Origin: Nemertoderma westbladi | Taxonomy: Eukaryota; Animalia; Xenacoelomorpha | DNA length: 64,000 bases | NCBI GenBank assembly: GCA_032718475.1 | Contig: JAUCBJ010007776.1 | Span: 47,679-111,678 of the forward strand | Direction: 5' to 3' | Shown here: piece by piece, positions 10,467-21,759 of the stretch | How positions within the stretch are numbered: position 1 is the first letter of the stretch | Layout: each line of letters starts with the position of its first letter | Position numbers and translations under genes: made by a program | Notes under the pieces: model-generated | What the model saw: the letters and a program-made list of their open reading frames with translations, nothing else | Database searches by the model: none | Told to the model about the DNA's origin: nothing

Positions 10467-11920
10467 TATACTGTTTTTGATGGTTTACAAATAATTTTTT
10501 GACGTATTTCTATTAATAAATAGAAATTGCATTATCAATTAAGTTTCCCCATTACAAATTGACAGTATTAAATATAGTAAATAATTATTCTATACAGAAT
10601 ACTAAATCATAGAAAGTTTGAATTTCGCGCCCAACATTTTTAAAAAGGGACATGTCACTTTGTCATTCAGTCATTCGTCAGTTTTAATTATTAAGAATTA
10701 TCTTTTGTGTTTTTCGTACTTAAGCAGACCAGCAGACTGATAACTGCAGTACTGCACCTGCACAACTGCACAACATCAACAACAATTTCTCATTTACCAT
10801 TAATTATAATTATACCTGTTTATCATAAATCTGTTATTGACTGTCTGACTGATTCAATTAAATTGTCCGCCTACAATCTGAAAACGGACAATTTTCAACA
10901 TATGGCAGTAGGCCTATGGAAATAACATACAGGATAATGGAGTAGTTTTACCGGGAGCGATCTGCCGGCGATTCCACAGGCGAGAGGGTATGAGATGAAG
11001 CAAAATCCGGCCAGTATACCGGTATAACAGTATAATGAACAGGGAAGTATAGCCTATCGCCCATTGGTAGGCCTGCAACACTACACTGGAAGGGGTTCAA
11101 AATTAAGCGAGGAACACTGGGGTTGATTTGGGGCAGGGGGGTGGGGTGAAATACAGAAATATTCCTTCGACGGCTGAGACGGTTATATGCTGAATAAGTA
11201 GGCCCTAGGATTTTTTTGATTTAATTAGTACATTTTGGATTAAAGATCGTATTACCGCATTAGATTATTGACCAGCCCAGCCCATTTCCAACCATTCCTA
11301 GTTTTGGGAGGGAATTGACAGTAAAAAATAGGTGCTTCGATTCTACATTTTCATTTGGGATTATTTGGGGGACTAACAATTCTGATTATATATATTTCTA
11401 TCACTAGGCCGACTTTCGATTTTGGGGATCATTCACTGTCACACGGTGGGCTGGTTACCTATTTGATCATCCATAATAGACAGACTCCGCCCTTTTGGTA
11501 GTTTTGGTTGGTTCATTGGAAGTATTACAGTTTTGGAGAAGCCAAAATGACATTATTTGGAAATGGGACCTGCGTAAAAGCGGCTTATAGCCGATAATTA
11601 ACGGAACTCGGCTGTCAGATTTCAATTTATATTTATTACAAAATTTGTCCTATAATATATTGAAAGTACTACGCTAAATCTAGATTACAATATAGCAAAT
11701 TTAGCTAGACTCAGTCATGTGATATTTAAATGTGGGTATCACCTTTTTGCCTTAATTAGCAGCAACATTTAGAACATTTCAGAAATATTAGTTTTGCCTT
11801 GGAGCGGGTGGTTTATTCAAACGCTGTAGGATATTAGTAAGCAATCTATCTGAGTCAATTCGAATCAGTAGTCGGCTTACATTTCGTTGTTCAGTGTTTT
11901 TTGAGCACAGAACGCAACAA
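10467..11920. mobile_element. Unclassified 1,454-bp non-coding insertion flanked by TAAC direct repeats
   Basis: Empty site at 13271-13290 (GTCCCAAGACATAACACCTT) versus filled site GTCCCAAGTCGTAAC|...|TAACACCTT. X-box spacing across it (1604) minus the empty-site spacing (146) gives 1458 = 1454 + 4. Confidence 0.65.
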
Positions 11921-13729
11921 TAACACCTTGCCCTTAGGCCTCAAATTAACATTTTATAAATTTTAACATCTGTTTATCCCGGTTGCCAAGGTAACTGGAT
12001 TTTCTATTTAACCTCAATCGTCTCTGCTATGGACCTTATAGTTGAGTTGAGAAACCCCAAGTTTATATCTATTATAGTTTTCCTACAAATAGAGTTATAA
12101 ATATTGACTTGAAATACATAGACTTTTTTTGAAGTCCGTTGCCATGGAAACCAGATTTTTCCTGGATATGAGACCCAGCACAAAAGATGCGCCTCGACGA
12201 GTAGTATATACATGCAAAATTTCAGGGTACTTTTAAAGGCTAGTTTTTTCACCGGTCAAAAAAACCAAATCTGCCTCATACAAGTAAAATAGCCCACTAT
12301 GAATAGACCATCTCAGCTAAGGAAAATCTTTCTTAGCGAAAGTAGTTGATTTTCCTTAGCTTCGTGGACCCTAAATCTCGGCTGCATGGCCTGTATTAAA
12401 GGACGCCTTGAGCTATAGCATCCGCAGTTGATAACCCTTTTTTATACGCAAATTGAAATGTACTAGAAAGGCATTTCCTAAAGGAAATGCAACCACGAAG
12501 CTAAGGAAAATTAAACAAAGGGCCACAATTTGGTTTGTTGCTTAGCCTAGTTTAGTAGCATTTGCCAATAAATAACTTCTATTCCCATGGAAACTAGAAT
12601 TCTCTGGAACTGTTGGTTTTACCTTTGAAAAAAGATTCAGTCCATATTGTGGTTCAGATAACACATACCACGTTTCAGAAAATATTGTAGTTTATGTCCA
12701 ACTACCGATTTTCTATCATAATGCATCTGTTTGCAGTGGTTGTCATGGAAACTGAAAAATAGAACAATGTAATTCGGATGCAGAATAAGTCATATAATGG
12801 GGGTAGGTCTTGGTCCCAAGTCATAATACTATTAACTTGTGTTTCAAATTATCATTTTAGAAATTTTAACATCTGTTTAGTCTTGTTGCTATGGTAATTG
12901 GATTGTGTAATTAACCTCGAATGGATTGTATATGGACCTTACAGATGAGTTGCAAAACCCCAAATTTATATTTATTACATTATTTTGCTACAAATAGAGT
13001 ATTGAATTTAGACTTGAATGATATAGACTTTAATAAACTCCAGTTACCATGGTAACAAGATATTTCTGGAATGTTTTGAGTTTTACTAAAAGTTCAAACT
13101 AGTGGTCCAGATAACACATATCCAGTTTCGTAAAATTTTATCGCGAAGTCTATGTCCAAATGAGTTATTTTTGTATAAAAACATCTGTTTTCAGCGGTTG
13201 TCATGGTAACTGCAAAATTAAACAATGAAATTCGGACGCAGAATAAGTCATATAGTGGGGGTAGGGGTTGGTCCCAAGACATAACACCTTCTCCTTAGGC
13301 TTCAAATTAACATTTTGTAAATTTTAACATCTGTCTAGCCCGGTTGCCAAGGCAACTGGATTTTCAATTGAACCTCAATCGGCTCTGCCATGGACCTTAT
13401 AGTTGAGTTGAGAAACCCCAAGTTTATATGTATTATAGTTTTCCTACAAATAGAGTTATAAATATTGACTTGAAATACATAGACTTTTTTCTAAGTCCGT
13501 TGCCATGGAAACCAGATTTTTCCTGAATATGAGACCCATCCCACACGACGCGCCTCGATGAGTAGTACATACATGCAAAATTTCAGGGTACTTTTAAAGG
13601 CTAGTTTTTTCCCCGGTCAAAAAACACTAAATCTGCCCCACACAAGTAAAAGGGCCCACTATGAATACACCATCTCAGCTAAGGAAAATCTTTCTTAGCG
13701 AAAGTAGTCGATTTTCCTTAGCTTCGTGG
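11921..13729. repeat. X-box-rich repeat with ~1.36-kb higher-order period (11921-12368 repeated at 13282-13729)
   Basis: Direct similarity of the two blocks, both ending ...TTTTCCTTAGCTTCGTGGA. Repeated GTTRYCATGGNAAC-like motifs. Confidence 0.88.
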
Positions 13730-13767
13730 ATCATCCGTTGTCACAGCATAAGTAAGCAACATAAGTT

Positions 13768-15977
13768 ACTTTGTAATTAACGTAAATCCGCGTTTTATAC
13801 CACTTCCCGGATCCAGTAACACTTTGTAATTAACGTAAATCCGCGTTTTACACCACTTCCCGGATCCAGTAACACTTTGTAATTAACGTAAATCCGCGTT
13901 TTATACCACTTCCCGGATCCAGTAACACTTTGTAATTAACGTAAATCCGCGTTTTACACCACTTCCCGGATCCAGTAAAACTTGGTAATTAACTTGAATC
14001 CGCGTTTTACACCGCTTCCTGGATCCAGTGACATACTCAGTAATTAACGTAAATCCGTGTTTTACACCACTTCCCGGATCCAGTAACACTTTGTAATTAA
14101 CGTAAATCCGCGTTTTACATCCCTTCCCGGATCCAGTAAAACTTGGTAATTAACTTGAATCAGCGTTTTACACTGCTTCCTGGATCCAGTAAAACTTGGT
14201 AATTAACTTGAATCCGCGTTTTACATCCCTACCTGGATCCAGTAAAACTTGGTAATTAATTTGAATCCACGTATTACCCCGGATCCAGTTACATACTCAG
14301 TAATTAAAGTAAATCCGTGTTTCTTTACACCGCTTCCCAGATCCAGTGACATACTCAGTAATTAACGTAAACCCGTGTTTTACACCGCTTCCCGTATCCA
14401 GTGACATACTCAGTAATTAACGTAAATCCGTGTTTTACACCGCTTCCCGGATCCAGTGACATAATCAGTAATTAACGTAAACCCGTGTTTTACACCGCTT
14501 CCCGGATCCAGTGACATACTCAGTAATTAATGTAAACCCGTGTTTTACACCGCTTCCCGGATCCAGTGACATAATCAGTAATTAACGTAAATCAGTGTTT
14601 TACACCGCTTCCTGGATCCAGTAAAACTTGGTTATTAACTTGAATCCGCGTATTACCCCGCTTCCTGGATCCAGTGACATACTCAGTAATTAAAGTAAAT
14701 CCGTGTTTTACACCGCTTCCCGGATCCAGTGACATACTCAGTAATTAACGTAAACCCGTGTTTTACACCGCTTCCCGGATCCAGTGACATAATCAGTAAT
14801 TAATGTAAATCCGTGTTAGACACCGCTTCCTGGATCCAGTGACATACTCAGTAATTAACGTAATCCGTGTTTTACACCGGTTCCCGGATCCAGTGACATA
14901 CTCAGTAATTAACGTAAATCCGTGTTTTACACCGCTTCCCGGATCCAGTGACATACTCAGTAATTAACGTAAATCCGTGTTTTACACCGCTTCCCGGATC
15001 CAGTGACATACTCAGTAATTAACATAAATCCGTGTTTTACACCGCTACCCGGATCCAGTGACATACTCAGTAATTAATGTAAATCCGTGTTTTACACCGC
15101 TTCCCGAATCCAGTGACATACTCAGTAATTAACGTAAATCCGTGTTTTACACCGCTTCCCGGATCCAGTGACATACTCAGTAATTAACGTAAATCTGTGT
15201 TTTACACCGCTTCCCGGATCCAGTGACATACTCAGTAATTAACGTAAATCCATGTTTTACACTGCTCCCCGGATCCAGTGACATACTCAGGAATTAATGT
15301 AAATCCGTGTTTTACACCGCTTCCCGGATCCAGTGACATGCTCAGTAATTAACATAAATCCATGTTTTACACCGCTTCCCGAATCCAGTGACATAATCAG
15401 TAATTAACGTAAATCCGTGTTTTACACCGCTTCCCGGATCCAGTGACATGCTCAGTAATTAACATAAATCCATGTTTTACACTGCTTCCCGAATCCAGTG
15501 ACATAATCAGTAATTAACGTAAATCCGTGTTTTACACCGCTTCCCGGATCCAGTGACATACTCAGTAATTAACGTAAATCCGTGTTTTACACCGCTTCCT
15601 GGATCCAGTGACATACTCAGTAATTAAAGTAAATCCGTGTTTTACACCGCTTCCCGGATCCAGTGACATACTCAGTAATTAACGTAAATCCGTGTTTTAC
15701 ACCGCTTCCCGGATCCAGTGACATACTCAGTAATTAACGTAAATCCATGTTTTACACCGCTTCCCGGATCCAGTGACATACTCAGTAATTAACGTAAATC
15801 CGTGTTTTACACCGCTTCCCGGATCCAGTGACATACTCAGTAATTAACGTAAATCCGTGTATTACACTGCTTCCCGAATCCAGTGACATACTCAGTAATT
15901 AAAGTAAATCCGTGTTTTACACCGCTTCCCGGATCCAGTGACATGCTCAGTAATTAACGTAAATCCGTGTTTTACAC
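13768..15977. repeat. 53/55-bp minisatellite (GTAATTAACGTAAATCCGTGTTTTACACCGCTTCCCGGATCCAGTGACATACTCA)n, ~40 copies
   Basis: GGATCC recurs at a 53-bp period on the left (13809, 13862) and a 55-bp period on the right (14941, 14996). Confidence 0.95.
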
Positions 15978-16059
15978 TCCATACGCGTTTTATATTGCAA
16001 TACGGATTTCGTATTTCAAATTCCGTATATTGCACTCAGTTTTAAGGATTGTATGTAAA

Positions 16060-16327
16060 TCTGGATCTGCCTTTTACACTCGCAAATCCTGAATCCAGAT
16101 CTGCGTTTTTCACTCGCACTTCCGGGTCCAGATCCGTATCCTGAATCCAGATCCGCGTTTTACACTCGCACTTCTGGGTCCAGATCCGTATCCTGAATCC
16201 AGATCCGCGTTTTACACTCGCACTTCCGGGTCCAGATCCGTATCCTGAATCCAGATCCGCGTTTTACACTCGCACTTCCAGGTCCAGATCCGTATCCTGA
16301 ATCCGGATCTGCGTTTTACACCTACCC
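16060..16327. repeat. 52-bp tandem repeat (~4.5 copies) ending GCGTTTTACACCTACCC; possible DNA-transposon subterminal repeats and terminus
   Basis: CTGAATCCAGATCCGCGTTTTACACTCGCACTTCCGGGTCCAGATCCGTATC has a 52-bp period (16141, 16193). The terminus interpretation is inference. Confidence 0.8.
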
Positions 16328-16384
16328 TCCTAAAAATAAAACTGTAACCTGTTCTATTTATTGACTTTCTTCCTTCTTATTTAG

Positions 16385-16648
16385 TTTGAAGTTACTTCAA
16401 CGATTAAAGAAGACCCTGAAGAATTTCAGATTGAAAGAAATTGGTTTTCTCCGAAATCGTTAGAAAGTAATAACGTAACAACCTGCAAGGAAGTACTTAA
16501 AAATACTATAGAACGATTTAATTTAAATTTAGTCCACACCATAACCATCACTGTTCGTTGTCGTTCCGATTTTGATTTCTGCAATTTTAAATCAGCCGCC
16601 GAAAAACCGACAAACCGAACGCCGCTAATACCAACCGAGTCTCGATGA
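16385..16648 (+). other. Possible exon or exon remnant after a strong 3' splice-acceptor-like signal
   Basis: TTGAC plus pyrimidine tract plus TTAG at 16361-16384, then 87 stop-free codons (FEVTSTIKEDPEEFQIERNWFSPK...). No recognisable homology. Confidence 0.2.
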
Positions 16649-16882
16649 CTGCATTCATTCTACCGATAGTTAGGGTTTTCTACTTCTTCTAGACTCGTGA
16701 GTAAGACTCCTCACTCTATAAACTGAAACTTAAGCTGTAGGCCATGGGTAGGCGGAAGGTAATCAACCAACGGCTAGACATGCTGACAAGGTCGGCGGAA
16801 GGTAATCAACCAACGGCGACCTACTGCGAAGACGCTTGTAGGAGTTGCGACCACAAGCGGTTTACTCCCGCAACTGAAAGAT

Positions 16883-17617
16883 ATGAGTATGAGAACTCTC
16901 CAGGAGAAATACCGGCTCGGTCGTTGCCCGGGTCAACAAGGACCGCGTCCCTCAGTGGTACACCAGGCTGGGGTCGATAAATTGGCTACTGGAACAGAAG
17001 ACAGAGAAGAAAGAAGAACCAACCTGTTGAAATGTAAAAAGACACTAAAGATTGCTACAATGAACGCACGCACGCTGAAAGCACAGAGCAAACAGGGTGA
17101 CATGGTCGCTCTGGCAATGGAATATAACATCGACATCATCTGCATCCAAGAACATCGGATTTGTCATGAAGACATTGCCATGAAGTTCAATGACATTGGA
17201 AATGGATGGACGTTAGTAACAAGCTCAGCAGTAAGAAACTCGGCCAATGCATCAATTGGTGGAGTAGGAATTCTGCTAAGCCCATTTGCACTTAAGACCC
17301 TAAACAACATCGAATCTATAAATTCCAGGGTTATGATCGCAACATTTGATGGGAGTCCCAAGACAACAGTTATATGTTGCTACAGTCCAACCAATGCATC
17401 AGAGCCAGAACAAGCAGTCAAGTTTTATGAAGAACTGACTGGACTTATTAAGGACATCCCGAAACACAATGTTAAAGTCATTGCTGGTGACCTGAATGCG
17501 CAAATTGGCCCAGAAGACATCAAGGGTTACACCTATAACACCAGTTCTAACAGAAATGGGTACTTACTCTTAGACCTAATGGAAGAATGTGAATTGATAC
17601 CAACAAACAACACATAA
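16883..17617 (+). pseudogene. APE-type endonuclease domain of the LINE, C-terminally deleted
   Basis: LKIATMNARTL, IDIICIQEHR, GGVGILL, YSPTN, IAGDLNAQIG and NRNG motifs are present. It stops after PTNNT without the downstream (I/L)DY and SDH motifs. Confidence 0.9.
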
Positions 17618-19579
17618 CATCCCACAAGGAATCAGCTAAGAGGCATATCCCCCTGAAACCTAAACGAAAACAGTATGTGCCATGGCAAAACTCTGAGGTT
17701 ACTTGTAAGAGAGAACATCTTAAGATAGCCTACAAAGTTAAAACCGAACAACCAACAACCGAAAACATTAACAAGGTTGAGAAAGCTAAGAACGATCTTA
17801 AATTGGCCTACAACATCAGCCAGGAAAAGTACATACAGGATAAAACTGAAGCAATTACAACTGCTCACATACATACAGCAACAATCAAGACTTACCTGGC
17901 AAACTGTAAATGAGGTATCTGGTCGGAAAAGTTGTGCAAAGGGGCGCCTCAAAGCTGATAGTCCTGAAGAACGTGTTGGAAAATGGAAAAATAACTTCAG
18001 CAACTTGCTTGGGCAGCCACCAAACATCGAGGTCAGCCCTACAAGGAAAATATATGACAAGACACTACCTATAGAAACAGGGGACTTCACACCTGCCGAA
18101 CTCCAAAGAAGTATTAAAAGCATGTCCAATAATAAAGCGAGTGGATTAGATGAAATCCCAGCGGAGGTATGGAAAACCGGAGTGCTAAATAGACCATTAT
18201 TGAATGTTTGCAACCGGATGTTAAAAGGGGAAAAGCCACCACCAATTTGGACTAAAGGTCAACTAAAGCCTCTCCCTAAGAAAGGAGACCTCGGCATACC
18301 AACAAACTATCGTGGGATCTGTCTGCTTGTGGTAGCTGCCAAAATATACAATAAAATGATTCTATATAGGATTAGGCCTCACATAGAGAAACTACTGCGT
18401 AAGAGCCAAAACGGATTTCGACCAAGTAGATCAACAATAGCTCAGATACTTGCGCTACGGAGACTGATTGAGGGAATTAAGTCAAAGAATCTCCCTGCAG
18501 TCATGACTTTTGTGGACTTCAAGAAGGCATTCGACTCCATCCATAGAGGTAAAATGCTTGAAATCCTAAGAGCTTATGGAATACCAGAAGTAATTGTTGC
18601 TGGCATTGGATTGTTATATAGTGACACAGAAGCGCAGGTACTCTCACCAGATGGTGAAACTGAGTTTTTCTCAATCCTGGCTGGCGTACTGCAAGGTGAC
18701 ACATTAGCACCATTACTATTTGTAATCGTGCTGGATTACGCAATGAGGACGGCCACAAAGGGTGAAGATCTGGGATTCACACTTCAAGAACGCAGAAGTA
18801 GTAGATATCCGGCAACTACAGTCACAGACACCGACTTTGCGGATGACATCGCCCTGCTCTCTAATACGCTAGCAGATGCACAGCTTCTACTAAATAAAGT
18901 GGAGAGGGCTGCTAAGGAGGTTGGATTGCATATAAATGCTACCAAGACCGAATTCATGACCTTTAATGTTGATGGAAACTTGACAACCATTGATAATAAT
19001 CAACTAAGGAAGGTCGATAACTTCCAGTACCTTGGATCATGGATAGAGAGTAGCAAAAAGGGCATAGAAGTTAGGAAAGCAAAGGCTTGGGTAGCTCTAT
19101 CAAAAATGGATACCATCTGGAAATCAGATCTCTCCAGGCACCTGAAGACTAAGTTCTTTCGAGCGACAGTGGAAAGTGTATTTTTATACGGGGGTGAGAC
19201 CTGGACACTGACAAAATCACTTGAACAACGAATTGATGGTTGCTACACAAGACTACTAAGGGCAGCCCTAAACATCAGCTGGAGACAACACATGACAAAC
19301 GCCGAGCTTTATGGTACAATACCACCTGTATCAACCACCCTCCGTGAACGCAGATTAAGATTCAGTGGGCACTGCTGGCGAAGTAAAGACGAGGTCATAC
19401 CAGATCTACTTCTCTGGCAACCAACTCATGGAAAGCGTAGTCGTGGACGACCGGCCATAACATATATAGATCAACTTGAAAGGGATACTGAACTTGGGAG
19501 AAACGAAATTGCGACAACTATGGAGAATCGGGAAGCCTGGAAGGATCTCATTTACACTGTCCGAGTTCGCTCGACCTAG
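17618..19579 (+). pseudogene. LINE linker plus reverse transcriptase (frameshift at ~17870)
   Basis: KASGLDEIP, NYRGICLL, QNGFR, FVDFKKAFDSI, GVLQGDTLAPLLF, DFADDIALL and YLGS motifs. A 4-bp CATA duplication at 17868-17875 separates the linker frame (IPLKPKRKQYVPW) from the RT frame. Confidence 0.93.
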
Positions 19580-19842
19580 TAGTAGTTGGAGAATTGGGAA
19601 GCCTGGAAGGATCTCATTTCACTGTCCGAGTTCGCTCGACCTAGTAGTAGTAGTTGTAGTAACAAATTAATCGTTAAACTTTATTCCATTTTATGTGAAT
19701 ATCGATAATTAAGAATAATAGTTTCTTGGGAAGGTTGACCGATTGGAGTTGGGATGAAGAAGGGAGTTGGAGTTATACTGGTTGATTGGGATATATAGGA
19801 AATTCGTTACGAATAAAATACTGCGATACGAATATCCGTTTT

Positions 19843-19868
19843 CGTATCATATCGTATCGTATCGTATC
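19843..19868. repeat. (CGTAT)n pentanucleotide microsatellite, ~5 copies
   Basis: CGTATCATATCGTATCGTATCGTATC seen directly. Confidence 0.8.
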
Positions 19869-20061
19869 CTGTCCCTGATTATAACAGTTAAAAAAAAAAA
19901 AACGAGATATTAATTCGCCAGTGGGGAAAATTCAATAAAGAACATAGCTGGTGTAATTTTAATGAAATCGGAAGTATCTAAATACAATATTATTTCACTT
20001 GTCAACCACCACCAAAAGATAGACGTGCAGGACAGAGATATTAGTCGTAAAAAACTAGACA

Positions 20062-21311
20062 TAGGCCTACTGTATCGTAGGCCTACTGTATCGTAGGCCT
20101 ACTGTATCGTAGGCCTACTGTATCGTAGGCCTACTGTATCGTAGGCCTACTGTATCGTAGGCCTACTGTATCGTAGGCCTACTGTATCGTAGGCCTACTG
20201 TATCGTAGGCCTACTGTATCGTAGGCCTACTGTATCGTAGTCCTACTGTATCGTAGGCCTACTGTAACATAGGCCTACTGTATCGTAGCCCTACTGTATC
20301 GTAGCCCTACTGTATCATAGGCCTACTGTATCATAGGCCTACTGTATCGTAGGCCTACTGTATCGTAGGCCTACTGTATCGTAGGCCTACTGTATCGTAG
20401 GCCTACTGTATCGTAGGCCTACTGTATCATAGGCCTACTGTATCGTAGGCCTACTGTATCGTAGTCCTACTGTATCGTAGTCCTACTGTATCGTAGGCCT
20501 ACTGTATCGTAGGCCTACTGTATCGTAGGCCTACTGTATCGTAGGCCTACTGTATCGTAGGCCTACTGTATCGTAGGCCTACTGTATCGTAGGCCTACTG
20601 TATCGTAGGCCTACTGTATCGTAGGCCCACTGTATCGTAGGCCCACTGTATCGTAGGCCTACTGTATCGTAGGCCTACTGTATCGTAGGCCTACTGTATC
20701 GTAGGCCTACTGTATCGTAGGCCTACTGTATCGTAGGCCTACTGTATCGTAGGCCTACTGTATCGTAGGCCTACTGTATCGTAGGCCTACTGTATCGCAG
20801 GCCTACTGTATCGTAGGCCTACTGTATCGTAGGCCTACTGTATCGTAGGCCTACTGTATCGTAGGCCTACTGTATCGTAGGCCTACTGTATCGTAGGCCT
20901 ACTGTATCGTAGGCCTACTGTATCATAGGCCTACTGTATCGTAGGCCTACTGTATCGTAGTCCTACTGTATCGTAGGCCTACTGTATCGTAGGCCTACTG
21001 TATCGTAGGCCTACTGTATCGTAGGCCTACTGTATCGTAGGCCTACTGTATCGTAGGCCTACTGTATCATAGGCCTACTGTATCGTAGGCCTACTGTATC
21101 GTAGTCCTACTGTATCGTAGGCCTACTGTATCGTAGGCCTACTGTATCGTAGGCCTACTGTATCGTAGGCCTACTGTATCGTAGGCCTACTGTATCGTAG
21201 GCCTACTGTATCGTAGGCCTACTGTATCGTAGGCCTACTGTATCGTAGGCCTACTGTATCGCAGGCCTACTGTATCGTAGGCCTACTGTATCGTAGGCCT
21301 ACTGTATCGTA
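20062..21311. repeat. 16-bp minisatellite (TAGGCCTACTGTATCG)n, ~78 copies
   Basis: Strict 16-bp period. Most units carry the 10-bp palindrome GTAGGCCTAC. Confidence 0.98.
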
Positions 21312-21759
21312 TTATTAAATCAAAGTAAATTAAATTAGTAAAATATTAGAATATCAAATAATAAACATTTTGTTGAATTTATTGTTAGACAATAAATATT
21401 TGAATCATTTTCGGACATTAAATTACCATTTCTGAGTTTGTAAAGGGTAATATTATTAATAACCATCACTAACAAACTATAACAAATATTGTTTATCAAA
21501 TAACTATATTATAATAACACAATAAATTAGTTTATTAATACAAAACTACCCCTAGCAACGATGAAGCACCCATAGAAACGCAGCGCGTGGATTGCAAAAT
21601 AAATAAATTACTGGAATTAATTTACAGATTGTGATAATTAAGGAGGGGGAACTCTCAAACTGTCGGCAAATTGTTGGGTCTTCAACCAGATATCTCATAA
21701 ATAGCCTGTAGAGAGTTAGTAGATTACATGTAAGGTAGTTAAAATTATATGAGAGGCGA

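Larger units (their letters stand above)
16750..19661 (+). mobile_element. RTE-clade-like non-LTR retrotransposon (LINE), disabled; 5' boundary approximate
   Basis: Single APE-endonuclease plus RT reading frame broken in two places, no ORF1, and stop codon directly followed by a (TAG/GTA)n tail. This is the typical RTE architecture. Confidence 0.9.

Noticed and set aside
13768-15977. CRISPR-like appearance of regularly spaced repeats
   Set aside because: No unique spacers and no cas genes; eukaryotic TE context. The same applies to all other arrays here.
17777-19579. 600-aa RT ORF as a retron, DGR, group II intron or telomerase-like system producing the adjacent arrays
   Set aside because: The upstream APE endonuclease, QGDTLAP/FADD motifs and (TAG)n tail identify an ordinary RTE-like LINE. 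No sequence link between it and the satellite units was seen.
19826-19877. Possible hAT-like terminus (...TGTCCCTG) with GATACG subterminal motifs
   Set aside because: No matching left terminus or 8-bp TSD found in the window.
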